Assembly (NCBI RefSeq): GCF_018977255.1
Contig: NW_024704742.1
Coordinates: 120,096,001 to 120,160,000, forward strand
Direction of reading: 5' to 3'
From: Callorhinchus milii
Lineage: Eukaryota
DNA length: 64,000 bases
Shown: positions 12,361-23,641 of the stretch, piece by piece
How positions within the stretch are numbered: position 1 is the first letter of the stretch
How the letters are laid out: each line of letters opens with the position of its first letter
Position numbers and translations under genes: made by a program
Notes under the pieces: model-generated
Told to the model about the DNA's origin: nothing
What the model saw: the letters and a program-made list of their open reading frames with translations, nothing else
Databases searched by the model: none

Positions 12361-13477
12361 ATATGTCGTCGACGTATTGTAGTGGTGCCGGTTTTCCCGG
12401 CAGAGGACAATCTTTCAATATATCGCCCATTCGTTTATGAAAGATTGTAGGAGAGTTATGAAATCCCTGCGGGAGACATTGCCAAGTAAATTGCTGCCCA
12501 TCGAAAGTAAAGGCAAATTTAAATTGATCTTCTTCTCGGATGGGAATGCTCCAAAATCCATTGGAGATATCCAGTGTTGAAAAGAATTTTGCCCCGTGTG
12601 GAATGCGTGACAGTATTGTAGGTGCGTCACTTACAACGGGAGTGTACCCTGGGGTTACCAAATTTAATTTTCGATAATCAATTGTTAACCACCACGACCC
12701 GTCTGGTTTCCTCACTGGCCAAATAGGCGAATTTGTAGTAAAAGTGCCCTTACGTATAACTCCCTGGTCTAGTAATGATTGTACCGTGTCACGGACATAT
12801 GGGAGGCTTTCTTGCGGAATAGGATATTGTTTCGCTGGTGAATGGGTTGGACCATTTATTTCCTCTTCCCGATCCATTCTACCACAATCATATTTATGAC
12901 GAGCTACAACATCATCGTATTTAATCAGCAATTGTGCTACTTGTGCATTATCATGCTTGATTGGTTCATACATCTCAGGCTTTTTTATAGCCGTTATGGT
13001 GAACACATCAGACACAATATGGTGCCCATCACTATGGGTTAGTGCCCTGTTTTCGGTAACCCACAGGCATGAATTAGTGTAGTCCACTATCATGGTGTTT
13101 TTCTGGAGCACGTTGGATCCTAGGATACCGCGTTCCTCAGGCATGGCAATAGCAGCTGGCTGATCAATTTGGATGGTACTGTGTACCTCGTTTCCCAGGG
13201 TGATAGCAGTATTCACTAATCTCACTCCCTCTTGAGTGGAACTGTTAAATCCCGTGAGGGAAAACAACTCTCCAATTTCTCCAGGAAAATCTTTGGGACA
13301 TTTTGAATGGAACAATGTGATGTTAGACCCTGTGTCGACTAACATTGTTTGCGCTTCGCCCCCCGACAATGCAGTGGCTATAAAGGGTCTATTATCTAGT
13401 GTTCCATTAAAATTAATGGGGGTGGGATTCCCTTGAATGGAATTCACGGAAATTTGTGCGATCTTTGGGGCGCTGTC
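12361..13477 (-). pseudogene. pol: ERV-A protease and RT up to the YVDD motif
   Basis: LVDTGS, NSPIWPVRKPDGSW, LDISNGFWSIP, LPQGFHNSPTIF, QYVDDI; open frame, cut by ERV-B. Confidence 0.93.
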
Positions 13478-13653
13478 TCACATGTGGGATGAGGATGATT
13501 CAATAAGATTCACCTCTCCTCCGCGCGCGTGCGCGCGCGGGGGGGGGGGGGGAGATGCGCTGACCGAGTTTTTTTTATCATTTGTAACCTTCCAAGTGGT
13601 TATCATACCGGCTAATTGGTCAAAGGGAATCTCGGCTAGCTTATCCATGGATA

Positions 13654-16166
13654 CAACAACAACAAGATTCCATTTATAAAGCGCCTTTCACGTCAGGAGG
13701 ACGTCCCAAGGCGCTGCACAGTTGGGTCATGACCCGAGCAGGGGGGAAATGGTCAGGGTGAGGGGAGGGAAGGGAGGGAGCGAGGAGGGGGGAAATGGTC
13801 AGGGTGAGGGGAGGGAAGGGAGGGAGCGAGGAGGGGAAGAGAGTCGAGAGGGGAGCTGAAGGCACGGTCAAAGAGAAAGGTTTTGAGACCGGCCTTGAAG
13901 GAGGAAAGGGAGGAAGCAAGGCGAAGGCACTGGGGGATGGAGTTCCAGAGCCTCGGGGCTGAGAGGCTGAAGGCCCGACCACCGATGGTAGGGCGGTTGG
14001 GGCGGGGGACGTGGAGCAGACCGGAGCCAGAGGAACGGAGGGTACGGGCAGGTAGGTAGGGGGATAGTAGGTTGGAGAGGTAGGAGGGAGCAAGGCCGTG
14101 AATGGCCTTGTAGGTGAGGATGAGGATCTTGAAATCAATCCTCTGGGGGATGGGGAGCCAGTGGAGGCGAGCGAGGGTGGGAGTGATGTGGTCGCGAAGC
14201 CTGGTGCGGGACAGTACACGAGCTGCAGAGTTCTGAATGACCTGCAGCTTGTGGAGGGAGGTGGCGGGAAGGCCGGCGAGGAGAGAGTTCCCATAGTCCA
14301 GCCTTGAGGTGACAAAGGCGTGAACCAGGGTTTCAGCAGCGTGAGGGGTGAGGTAATGCCGTAGTCTGGCGATGTTCCGGAGGTGATGGAAGGCGGTGCC
14401 AGTTGTGGTGCGGATGTGAGGGAGAAAGGACAGCTCAGGGTCGAACAAAACGCCGAGGTTCCTGACTGGCTTTGAGAGGTGGAGAGTGCAGCCTTGGATG
14501 CTGATGGTGTCAGCGCCTGAGGTGCGGAGGCGCTGACGTGAGCCAATCAGGAGGGCCTCGGTTTTTCGCACGTTGAGCTGAAGAAAGTTGTCTCTCGTCC
14601 AGGACTCGATGTCGGACAGGCAGGCTGTCAGGACATCGGTGGTCGTGGAGTTGAGAGTAGAGGAGGAAAGGTAGAGTTGGGTGTCATCCGCATACATGTG
14701 GAAGTTAACTCCATGTCTGCGGATGATGTCACCGAGGGGGAGCATATAGAGGGTGAAGAGGAGGGGACCAAGGACAGAGCCCTGAGGGACACCACATGAG
14801 ACAGTGCGGGGGGTGGAGGAGAAGCCATTCGTCGAGACGAAGTGAAGACGGTGAGAAAGGTACGACCTAAACCATTCAAGGACAGTGCCTTGAAGGTTGA
14901 GGTGGGAGGACAAGCGGTGGAGTAGGATAGCGTGGTCGACCGTATCGAATGCTGCCGATAGGTCGAGGAGGACGAGGAGACAGAGGGAGCCCTGGTCACA
15001 GATGGTCAGGATATCATTGGTGACCTTGACCAGGGCAGTTTCTGTGCTATGGGCAGCACGGAAACCTGACTGAAGGGGTTCGAAAAGAGAATGGGTGGAA
15101 AGGAAAGAGCGCAGTTGGGAGGCGACAACTCTTTCCAAGACCTTGGAGAGAAAGGGGAGGTTGGAGATGGGCCGGTAGCTTGATAGCTGCGACGCATCAA
15201 GGGAGGGTTTTTTCAGGGTGGGCGTGATGATGGCAGTTTTTAATGGAATGGGGACAGAGCCAGAGGAGAGGGACAGGTTGATGATGTCAGTGATATGTGG
15301 GGCAAGAAAGTGGAGCTGGGAGATAAGGAGTGGAGTGGGGATGGGGTCAAGGGAGCAGGTGGTTGGTTTTAGGGATAGGATGAGTTCAGTGACAGAGGGT
15401 GGGGAAACGGGTACGAAGGTGTGTAGGGGAGGATGGGTAGGAGTCGGAGTGTGGGAGGGAAGGGGTGGGTGGTGGGTGGAAGTTGGAGGGGAAGTGACCG
15501 CGGAGCGGATTCCCTTGATCTTGGATTCAAGGAAATCCAGCATCTCCTCGCAGTGAAGGTTGGAGGAGATGACCTGCGCGGGGTGGCGGGGGGGACGGAG
15601 GAGTCGGGTTGTGGTGGAAAACAGTAGCCTGGGGTTGTTCTTCGCCTCCAGGATTATCCTGGAGTAGAAGGACGACTTGGCCGAGGCTAGAGTGGAGCGG
15701 TAAATTTTGAGGAGGTCCAGCCAGATTTGTCGGTGGACCGTTAGGCCAGATTTGACACAGGTGCGTTCAGCAGCCCGCACCTGGCTTTTCAGTGAGCGGA
15801 GGTGGGTGGTGTACCAGGGGGAGGAGCGGGAGTAGGAGACAGTGCGGGAAGTGATGGGGGCAAGAGTATCGAGTGTGGAGGAGAGGGTATTGTGGAGGAG
15901 GGAGAGAGGAGAAGAGGGGTCGGTGAGGGTTGAAGGCCAGAGGGAGAGGAGTTCAGAGGACTCCAAGGCATCGGTTAGGGATTGTGGGGGTAACTTCTTC
16001 CAAGGGCGGTAGAAGATGGTGGTGGGTCTGGTGGAGGTGGGGAGGGGGGTGGAGGTGGTGAAGGAGATGAAGTGGTGGTCAGAGATGGCCTTGTCGGTAA
16101 TAGTGACATCCGAGACACTGAGGCCCCGGGTGATCACCAAATCGAGTGGGTGGCCGTGACTGTGAC
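13654..16166 (-). mobile_element. L2 family A, 5'-truncated copy
   Basis: (AAC)n tail at about 13654-13665, 3' stem-loop, ORF2 from endonuclease C-terminus to end. Confidence 0.95.
13753..16140 (-). CDS. L2 ORF2 reverse transcriptase (open 795 aa, lacks most of the endonuclease)
   Basis: [61 protein letters not shown]. Confidence 0.9.
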   Translation of the reverse strand: MVITRGLSVSDVTITDKAISDHHFISFTTSTPLPTSTRPTTIFYRPWKKLPPQSLTDALESSELLSLWPSTLTDPSSPLSLLHNTLSSTLDTLAPITSRTVSYSRSSPWYTTHLRSLKSQVRAAERTCVKSGLTVHRQIWLDLLKIYRSTLASAKSSFYSRIILEAKNNPRLLFSTTTRLLRPPRHPAQVISSNLHCEEMLDFLESKIKGIRSAVTSPPTSTHHPPLPSHTPTPTHPPLHTFVPVSPPSVTELILSLKPTTCSLDPIPTPLLISQLHFLAPHITDIINLSLSSGSVPIPLKTAIITPTLKKPSLDASQLSSYRPISNLPFLSKVLERVVASQLRSFLSTHSLFEPLQSGFRAAHSTETALVKVTNDILTICDQGSLCLLVLLDLSAAFDTVDHAILLHRLSSHLNLQGTVLEWFRSYLSHRLHFVSTNGFSSTPRTVSCGVPQGSVLGPLLFTLYMLPLGDIIRRHGVNFHMYADDTQLYLSSSTLNSTTTDVLTACLSDIESWTRDNFLQLNVRKTEALLIGSRQRLRTSGADTISIQGCTLHLSKPVRNLGVLFDPELSFLPHIRTTTGTAFHHLRNIARLRHYLTPHAAETLVHAFVTSRLDYGNSLLAGLPATSLHKLQVIQNSAARVLSRTRLRDHITPTLARLHWLPIPQRIDFKILILTYKAIHGLAPSYLSNLLSPYLPARTLRSSGSGLLHVPRPNRPTIGGRAFSLSAPRLWNSIPQCLRLASSLSSFKAGLKTFLFDRAFSSPLDSLPLLAPSLPSPHPDHFPPPRSLPSLPSP

Positions 16167-16590
16167 TGGGTATTGCAGACTGTCTTTTGTCCTGGGGTTC
16201 ATTGGCCTTTTTACTCGGCCATTCTTTGGCCCAATGTACCTCTTCTTGACAGATGTGGCAATTGGACTAGTCTGTGTTTCCCCAAGGACCGGATTATCTC
16301 GTCCCGGACTGATTTTTATTTCGGTAATACAGCTGTCTTCTATTCTCGTAATTAGGGGGAAAACGCTCCTTATTTTTGCCCTCTCTCTGGCTCTTGGGTC
16401 CTTCTACCTCTTCAACCTGGACCACATTTTTCAACCCCACCTTGCTTTCTTCAAATTTGCCCTCTTTATGTCTTAGGTTATGATAATAGACACTGTCAGC
16501 GATCCTTATCACATTCTCCCGTTGCATGTCATCAGTTACCAATCCCACTGATTCAATTTCAGAGATGAGCTTCTGAAGGAATGCCTCCCG

Positions 16591-16622
<32 letters not shown>

Positions 16623-18270
16623 TTCGACCTTTCTGCCTCTCTTGAGCTCATAGCTTCCACTTGTATCTGTTTGAATAGTTCAACTAATCTCTCATGAAAT
16701 TCTGCTGGGCTTTCATCTCCTGCCTGCCTTTCCATATGCCTGACTTGTGCGCCACGCTTTCCCTTTTGTTAGTGAAGCTTTAATCGCCATTAAAAACGCC
16801 GTACCACCCACTTCTGGCCTCAACTTATCCCGTGGCAAATGCTTTTAATTTGATGGCTCATAACATTATTCTTTTAAGGACTTTTTCCTCCAATTCAGGG
16901 TGGCAGTCTTTAAACAGATCGTATTGTTGGTTTAACTCAGTGCGGCAAGTTTGTTCTGTGACCGTTCAGAACTCTTTCACATAAGCCGCTACCTCCTCAG
17001 GTCTTAGCGCCTGTTGGGTTACTTCTCAAACCATCTTTATGTGTGTAAAATAATCTTCAGACTTCAGGTAGATTTCAAAAGTTCTTCCTTATTACTGCAC
17101 CGCAAACAGGTTACAGTCCAGGCACACTCTTGTGGTTCGAACAAAGAATACTTGGCACACGTTCCGTATATAGGTATAATGCTCCAATCACAATGCTGTT
17201 GCTAATATGGACTTGTTATTCAGTTACTCTTTCCTGTCTTTGTTCCCCATCCTTGGGCAGCTATCTGGTCCATTCCAGTTTAACCTACTCTATGCTGGTT
17301 ATAAAACCACTAGCCTAAGCAGTTTTTGTACAGGGTCACTATCGGTCATGCAGGCCAGAACTCCTGTTCTCCTTCAGCGCCCGACTATGTATCTCCTCCC
17401 TACCGTCTGTGCCATTCGTGTTATTACTAGAAGTCATCTCTCCCTTCATCTTCCCCTTTGGACACCTGACTCCTCGTCTGCATTGGGTGACTTCTGCTCT
17501 GAGTAGTAGTAACCACTGCAACCAACCCTGACTCATAACTTTCTTCCTCATCTGAGCTGTCAGGACATGCACAGCTAGTTTTATCCTTGTTAGTTTCTCC
17601 TCCAACCATGAACTCCTCCCCTCTAACAGCACACAACATCACTTGTTTCGATCTCAACTTTCCCCTTAATTTATCTATCACTTTTTTACAATAGCTGTGG
17701 TCGGTTTCCTTACTCTGCGGTTGTTTCATTTGGGTTTTTACCACACCTTTGGCTGCGTTCAGCTCTATACTTATGACTTCACATCTTTTTTTGCAATCTT
17801 GCAGCACTATCCTTTTCTCATGCTTAGCTCTCCAGCTTAGCTCGGATTTCACCTTGTAGCATGTGTAGGATGGAGGTTAGTTCTATTATCTTCCTTTCCT
17901 GATTCTCGTGTGCTCCTTCTACGCTCCACAATTCTTCTTCTATATCCTTTTTGTCTAATAAAGTGGTCTTTAAACCCTTTTGTATTTCCGTCATCACCTC
18001 TCTGAGCTGTTCTGCCTTAATTTTCAGATCCTGTACCTCCTTATCCTTACTGTCTTGTAATCGTTTTAACTCAAAGGCTTTACACTTGTATTCCCTCAAA
18101 ATCCAGTATTTGAAAAAGTTCTTGAACCTTTTTCCCCCAACTTTGATGTTGCCGGCTGATACTTTTTCTAACCACTCTATACCATTTTTCTGGTTTGTTT
18201 CCTCACATATATGCTCTACCTTTAGGCCTATTTTCTTACATATTTTCTCCTCGTATTTATTCAACCATTA
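16167..18270 (-). pseudogene. gag: ERV-A gag (decayed)
   Basis: Coiled-coil N-terminal ORFs 17824-18264 and 17427-17852; degenerate zinc knuckle [14 protein letters not shown] near 16215-16260; downstream of a PBS and LTR. Confidence 0.75.
16591..16623. repeat. (TA)n microsatellite
   Basis: Directly visible, inside the decayed gag. Confidence 0.9.
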
Positions 18271-18424
18271 GCCGAAAACTATCTTTCAATTTTCGCTCTT
18301 TTCTAATACTAATACACAGACATCTGGGGTACAGGCAAATGAAAATGGTGTGATCTACGAGGTGTACTATGTGTGGGTCAGTTTGTCTATCACTTCAAGT
18401 AAAAAAAAAACCTTATTGCCTGTC

Positions 18425-18442
18425 GGGCCTTCGTGGTCACAA
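18425..18442 (-). promoter_or_regulatory. Degenerate PBS, tRNA-Arg-like
   Basis: TTGTGACCACGAAGGCCC follows LTR end ...CCCAACA; close to TGGCGACCACGAAGGGAC, the complement of a tRNA-Arg 3' end. Confidence 0.6.
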
Positions 18443-18444
18443 TT

Positions 18445-18925
18445 TGTTGGGATATACCGATCCCGAGGATTCCAAAATATGACCAGACAATCCAAACTGG
18501 TGCAATGATTCTTTTATTACAAGACAGTGAGCTTAAAAATGTGTAAAAGAAAGCGTACTACCGGTTAATCAACGTAGAACAGAAGGGAAGAGTCGGCTGA
18601 TGCTGTCAAGCGCTTGTCTTGGCCTTGCTGCCTGGCTCTCCCTCTCTTGCCAGCTGGAACTAACCCAACTCTCTCGTCCCCCGAGCAGTTATACTTTTTT
18701 TTGGACCCTTGTAAGATAACTTCCTCCCCCACCCTCTCACAACTCGTTCTGCACGTACTCATCCCAATCAATCATTGGCCTGGCGCCAGCCTGACCAGCA
18801 TTGATGAGGTGAATATCCATTGTCCTGTCCAAGTTGGGATTAAAGATGTTATTTCAGAACCGGCCCTGAGACCTTCTTTTGAGTGGTTTAGGATGTTTGA
18901 AGATGAGAGGGGGGCCTTTGTGAGT
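18445..18925 (-). repeat. ERV-A 5' LTR, U3 end lost
   Basis: Ends in CA next to the PBS; AATAAA near 18513-18518; TATAA near 18690; abuts an L2 fragment. Confidence 0.6.
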
Positions 18926-18927
18926 GG

Positions 18928-19192
18928 TTGAGGGCTTGGTGGAGGAGAGAGGGATATGAGAGGAGAAGGAGATGAGGAAATGGTCTGAGATGGCCTTGTC
19001 CACTATGCTGAGGTCGGAAATGTCAAGGCCGTGGGTGATAACGAGGTCAAGGGCATGGCCACGGTTGTGGGTGGGTGAATTTATATGAAGGGTGAGGATT
19101 AGGGAGGAAAGGCGGGCAGCGAAGTCGGCAGAAGTAGTGCAAGGGAAGTTTAGGTGGAGGTTGAAATCACCCATTATGAGCAGGTGCTCGGG
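18928..19192 (-). mobile_element. L2 family B endonuclease fragment
   Basis: LLIMGDFNLH, THNRGHALDLVI, ISDHFLI. Confidence 0.85.
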
Positions 19193-20827
19193 AAACCCGG
19201 AAAGTGATATTCTCACTAGGAATCGATAACCATAGTCGGGCAGCGAAAGACTGCAATTAAACAACTGCAGGCCTTAATAAAGAGAGCAAGGCTACGGTTC
19301 CCTAATGCTCAAATTCAGGTCACTGAAATTAATTTTAGTCAGAACCTGGATAGAAACAAAAGGGCCACATTACAGGAAATCAACACATTTATTGGGAATA
19401 AACGAGGGCATCCCGGCAATCCCAGTCAATCAGTTTAGAGTCGAAAAAGATAGAATCAACAAAATTCATTGGACTAAGGACACAGCCCAGACCATGATCA
19501 AACACTGGTCCAGGCATTTAAACTGAGAAGCACAGGAGCCGCAGAAAAGCGGGACCTGGTCTTGGGGACGAACATTGTGAACGTCTCCCAGGCACAGTAT
19601 CCAGACCAAGTAAGACCAGATGAAGCGCTGATAAAATGACTGAAACTGGGCCTCACCACAAACGGTTTTGAGTTTGATGGGGAATTCTACCTTCAAGTCA
19701 AGGGCACGGCGATGGGCAAAAAAGTTTGCCTCGGCCTATGCAAACATTTACATGGCGGAATGGGAGAATAATGTTCTCCAGAACTGCATCAAGCTCCCAA
19801 TTTCCTATCACGGGTACCTGGACAAAATATTTGGCGTATGGACACACACAGACATAGATTTCCAGGAATTTATGAACATATTAAACAACCACCACCCCTC
19901 TATTAAAGTAAAGGCAGTAACAGATAAATATAGGAAAAACTTCCTGGACACCACAGTGTACAAAAGGGAAGATGACAACCACAAACTAGGTACAAAAGTA
20001 TACTTTAAAGACACGGACACACATGCACTACTGCACCCAAAAAACTACCACCTGCAGCACACCTTCCGGGGCCTGATCGAGTCCCAACTAATACGGTTCA
20101 ACCGAATCTGCTTGAATCGGGAGGATTTTGAGAGGGCAACCACAACACTGTTTACAGCAGTTAGACAGAGGGGGTTACACTAAACGAGTCCTCAGGGGAA
20201 TCAAGTCCAATTTCCTTAGGTACCCCCATTGGCCCAAACAGAAGCTGAAAAATTATAGCACTTATAACCACATACTCAGACCACACAAGGCAGATTACCA
20301 GACGAGTGAAAGACATGTTTGAGGGACTAAAACTGGGGTCACCAGTTGGGGTGGGGGGGTGTGCGACTACAGAATTGTGTCGGCATATAGTAGGAATAGG
20401 AATATTAAAGATTGGTTAGTCAGCAGTAAATTGAAAAGTAAAATACTAAAAGCTGTGGGAAGACGCAATGTGGCATGTGTAGGTACCTAGCAAACCCCAA
20501 GAGGATAGATACTAACAGGACAGGGACGTCCGTAACAACAACCCACAAAATTAAATGCGACCAGCGTTTCACAGTCTATTCAATTAGATGCAAAAGATGC
20601 CATTTCTTATATATTGGGGAAACAGGAAATACACTACCACAAAGCTCACGGGCCAACCTCAGTGCCATTAAATATAGGGACAATCTAATAAACAAACATA
20701 GAACATGGGGAGGAATGAATAGAAGTCATGGGCCTGGACCATAGCACAGAGGAAAGAAAAAGAGAAGGATTGGATCAAGAAATCACGGACAGTAACACTG
20801 GAAGGATTAAATGCCCAGTAAAACAGA
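19190..20827 (+). mobile_element. Penelope-like element: esterase C-terminus, internally deleted RT, Cys linker, GIY-YIG endonuclease
   Basis: GTAMGKKFASAYANIYM, YLDKIFGVWTH, NFLDTTV, VYFKDTDTH; CGKTQCGMC linker; VYSIRCKRCHFLYIGETG. Confidence 0.9.
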
Positions 20828-21600
20828 CTAGAACATTCTGCCATGTAAATGTTGATTAGGCCGGGGCAAATTTTTGTCTGTTGCCGTGCGGGGGTGGTTT
20901 TACACATGTCTTATGTTTCCCAGGCACTCCCCGTGCTGGAGTTTTGTCCAATTTGGCTCGGGCTCATGAATGTTTTGTCTTACTCCAATTTTTTGTACTA
21001 CTACAATTTTGGGGTTAGGAGAAGAGCATTTCAACATAAAAAAACCCTAATTTTTTGTACTGAAGCAATCTGCTCATTTGATCTTTCAGGCTAGGTGTTT
21101 TTTGTTTGGGACTAAGGATGGCTATGCCTGTCTAATCCATTTAACTTGTTTCAGGTTAGGATTGAGGTGCGAGTTAGGGTTAGGATATAGGGTAGAATTA
21201 GGGGTAAATTTCTGCTTCAAATTATTCCTACCCCAGGACTCAGCCATCTTAAAAGCCTTCTCTTGGCGGTCAACCATCCCAGTTGACCTGAGGCTCCAGT
21301 TAAGGTCTGGATCAACCTACAAAATACTCTTACATTTTGCAAAATTATCTATGTGTGGTTGTCTGTTTCCCACTGTCCTCTCTCAGGTGTGTTTGGCTGC
21401 ATTGTTGCAACTGCATGGAGTCTGCACCATGCTGTTTAGACAGTGGGGTATGGAAAGATGCAGTAGAAAAGAAAGAAAGTGGGAAAGAGAGGTTGCTTAC
21501 CACCAGGTCACTTCGGTTCATAAAGAAGACTCCTTCGATGTTTCGTTAAAACTATGGCTCTTTCAAGGAGACTCAACTTCACTGTGAAATAAGGTGTTAG
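20828..21600 (-). mobile_element. Rearranged fragments of the same Penelope-like family (hammerhead-like motif, ORF1 N-terminus, CCCTAA-like tract, short RT piece)
   Basis: 21230-21480 matches pieces of 2360-2810; 20828-20890 encodes KKFAP..NIYMAE; 20920-20975 matches 40690-40745. Confidence 0.7.
21530..21570 (-). ncRNA. Variant minimal type I hammerhead ribozyme-like motif
   Basis: CTCCTTGAAAGAGCCATAGTTTTAACGAAACATCGAAGGAG: closing stem CTCC/GGAG, UUGAAAG-type core, GAAAC; a degenerate homologue lies at about 2020-2062 (+). Confidence 0.45.
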
Positions 21601-21699
21601 TTATAGTCATGGTCAGAAGAGGGTCCACCCATAAGTTGCCCTCTCAAAAGCCTTCCCAATTCGAGCAAATTTGGTGGAATGGTGTTAGTTGGGAATTGA

Positions 21700-22362
21700 T
21701 TAGGCCCCGGAAGGTGTGTTGCGGGTGGTAGCTTTTAGTGTGTAGTAGCGCGTGTGTGTGTCCATTTCCTTAAAGTATACTTTTGTACCTAGTTTGTGGT
21801 TGTCGTCTTCCCTTTTGTACACTGTGGTGTCCAGGAAGTTTATCCTATATTTATCTGTTACTGCCTTTACTTTAATGGATGGCTGGTTTAATATGTTCAT
21901 AAATTCCTGGAAATCTGTGTCTGTGTGTGTCCATACGTCAAATATGTTGTCTAGGTACCTGTGATAAGGAATTGGGAGCTTGGTGCAGTTCTGGAGAACA
22001 CTATTCTCCCATTCCGCCACGTAAATGTTTGCATAGGCCGGGGGCAAATTTTTTGTTCATTGCCGTGCCCTTCACCTATAGGTAGAAATCCCCATCAGTC
22101 GTTTCTGATGAGGCCGAGCTTCAGTAATTTTATCAGCGCTTCATCTGGTCTTACTGGGTCTGAATATTGTGCCAGGGTGTTTGTAATAGCCTGCAAGCCC
22201 CTCTCTGTCTCTGTTAGTGTACAGGCTTCTACATCCATCGTGAATAGTGTGGCATCGGCGGGGGCAGGGTGGATTTACGTGGTTCAAATCAGCTCCACAA
22301 AATGGTAGATGTCTTTAATATAACTGGGGTGTTTGTGCGATAGGGAGTTCAGGAAAGGATTT
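21700..22362 (-). mobile_element. Penelope-like RT fragment (3' side of a copy split by 22363-29105)
   Basis: AYANIYVAEWE, RYLDNIF, INFLDTTV; upstream SYIKD..HF and MDVEA.YTN motifs. Confidence 0.88.
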
Positions 22363-22560
22363 AATAACAATAATATCTTGCATTTGATATAGTGCTTTTC
22401 ACATCTTCTAACGTCTCAAAGCACTTCACAGAATGTCCTGTGAAGTGAATTGACTGTATATTTGTGCGCGAAACGCAGCAGCCAATTGCGCACAGCAGTG
22501 TCCCAGAAACAGTCATGGATTGAAAATGACCAATTTATTATTGTTTATTATTTATTTATT
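22363..22560 (-). mobile_element. Deu-type SINE, 3' half
   Basis: Reverse complement of 30010-30190 (CTGTGCGCAATTGGCTGC core, L2-like tail, (TAT)n). Confidence 0.88.
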
Positions 22561-22639
22561 ATATCTATATATTCCGCTACCCTATAGGACTCGCTACCAC
22601 AGTCTGACACAATGGGTCTGCCTGGTGGTACTTCTCTGG

Positions 22640-23640
22640 AGGGGAGGCTTCAATTGGTGGAGAGCCAGGTTTCTGTGAGCCCAAGAATGTCGAGGTGCTC
22701 ATCCAGGATGAAGTCATGGATGGTGAGGGGTTTGTTTGTGAGGGAACGGACGTTTAAAGGGAAATGCGGGTGGGTTTGCTGGTGGGAGGAGAGGGAGGAG
22801 CGAGTGATACAGAGAGGATTTTAGGGTGTACACAAGAGATGGCTGTGGGGTGTGGGGGAAGTGGAGAGTTGGGGAGGATACGTATGAGGGAGGGGGAAGT
22901 TGTGTTTGCCTTAAGGAGGCGGTTTGTGTGGAGGGAGTGAATGATGGGACACTTGGGGTTGCTGCTCTGAGGCAGCCAGTGCCTGGAGCCATGATGGGCT
23001 CGGCGGAGGACGCCCCGGTTGGAGCAGAGGGAAGTGGTGATTGGGTCCAGGAGAGAGAGGGTGGTGGGAGAGAAGGACAGAGTGGGAGTAGCAGATAGAT
23101 ATGTTGTGGGAGGAGAGACATTCAGAGTGGAGGGGGAGGCTCGGGTCGGGGCGGCAGCCAAAATGCGCACGCAGAGACCGGGAGCAAACGATCAGCAGGA
23201 CTGCATCAGCACCTCAGGCTATGTGGTCATGGTTGGGATGGCAGTGACAAGGTCTGCCATGCCATTTTCTCTTTATCCACTTTCACTGTGTGTTAGATTG
23301 TCTTAAGCTTTTCTAAGTGTTAGTGTTGGTATTCAGTGCTGTTAGTGTTGGTATTCAGTGCTGTTAGTGTTGATATTCAGTGCTGTTAGTGTTGATATTC
23401 AGTGCTGTTAGTGTTGTATTCAGTGCTGTTAGTGTTGGTATTCAGTGCTGTTAGTGTTGGTATTCAGTGCTGTTAGTGTTAGATTCTGCGCTGGCCCTAG
23501 TTTAGATTACTTAACTATGACGTCACGCCGACGTCACTTTTTGTAAATCTGCGGAGCCCCTGTGAACCCCTCACCTCGCTGGGCTTTATACCCGCTGCTA
23601 GGCCTCGGCTCCACCCCGCGCTCTCCTGACTCCGCTCCCA
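22640..23640 (-). mobile_element. L2 family B 5' portion (5' UTR, N-terminal extension, endonuclease start)
   Basis: GVLRRAHHG N-terminal motif, NVRSLTNK and LGLTETWL; 22835-22945 matches 55490-55590 (+). Confidence 0.75.
23319..23480. repeat. 22-bp tandem repeat, about 7.4 copies
   Basis: Unit GTTAGTGTTGGTATTCAGTGCT with minor variants. Confidence 0.95.
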
Positions 23641-23641
23641 A

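Larger units (their letters stand above)
4059..18925 (-). mobile_element. Outer endogenous retrovirus (ERV-A): partial 5' LTR, PBS, gag, pro, RT, RNase H, integrase; interrupted by ERV-B (5668-12360) and an L2 (13654-16166); 3' end lost
   Basis: Collinear minus-strand gag (16170-18270, 13478-13653), pro-RT (12361-13477), RT continuation (about 5500-5667), RNase H and IN (4061-5482). Linking gag to pol across the L2 is inferred. Confidence 0.8.

Noticed and set aside
13521..13553. CG palindrome plus G-run as a readthrough signal
   Set aside because: Lies upstream of the gag stop and has no counterpart in ERV-B; likely slippage.
13674..14546. Recurrent Pro/Ser-rich overlapping ORF ([10 protein letters not shown]...) in several L2 copies
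   Set aside because: Alternative frame of the C-rich RT gene with a non-ATG start; recurrence only reflects near-identical copies.
23319..23480. CRISPR-like appearance of tandem repeats (also 47365-47968)
   Set aside because: No unique spacers, no cas genes, eukaryotic context.
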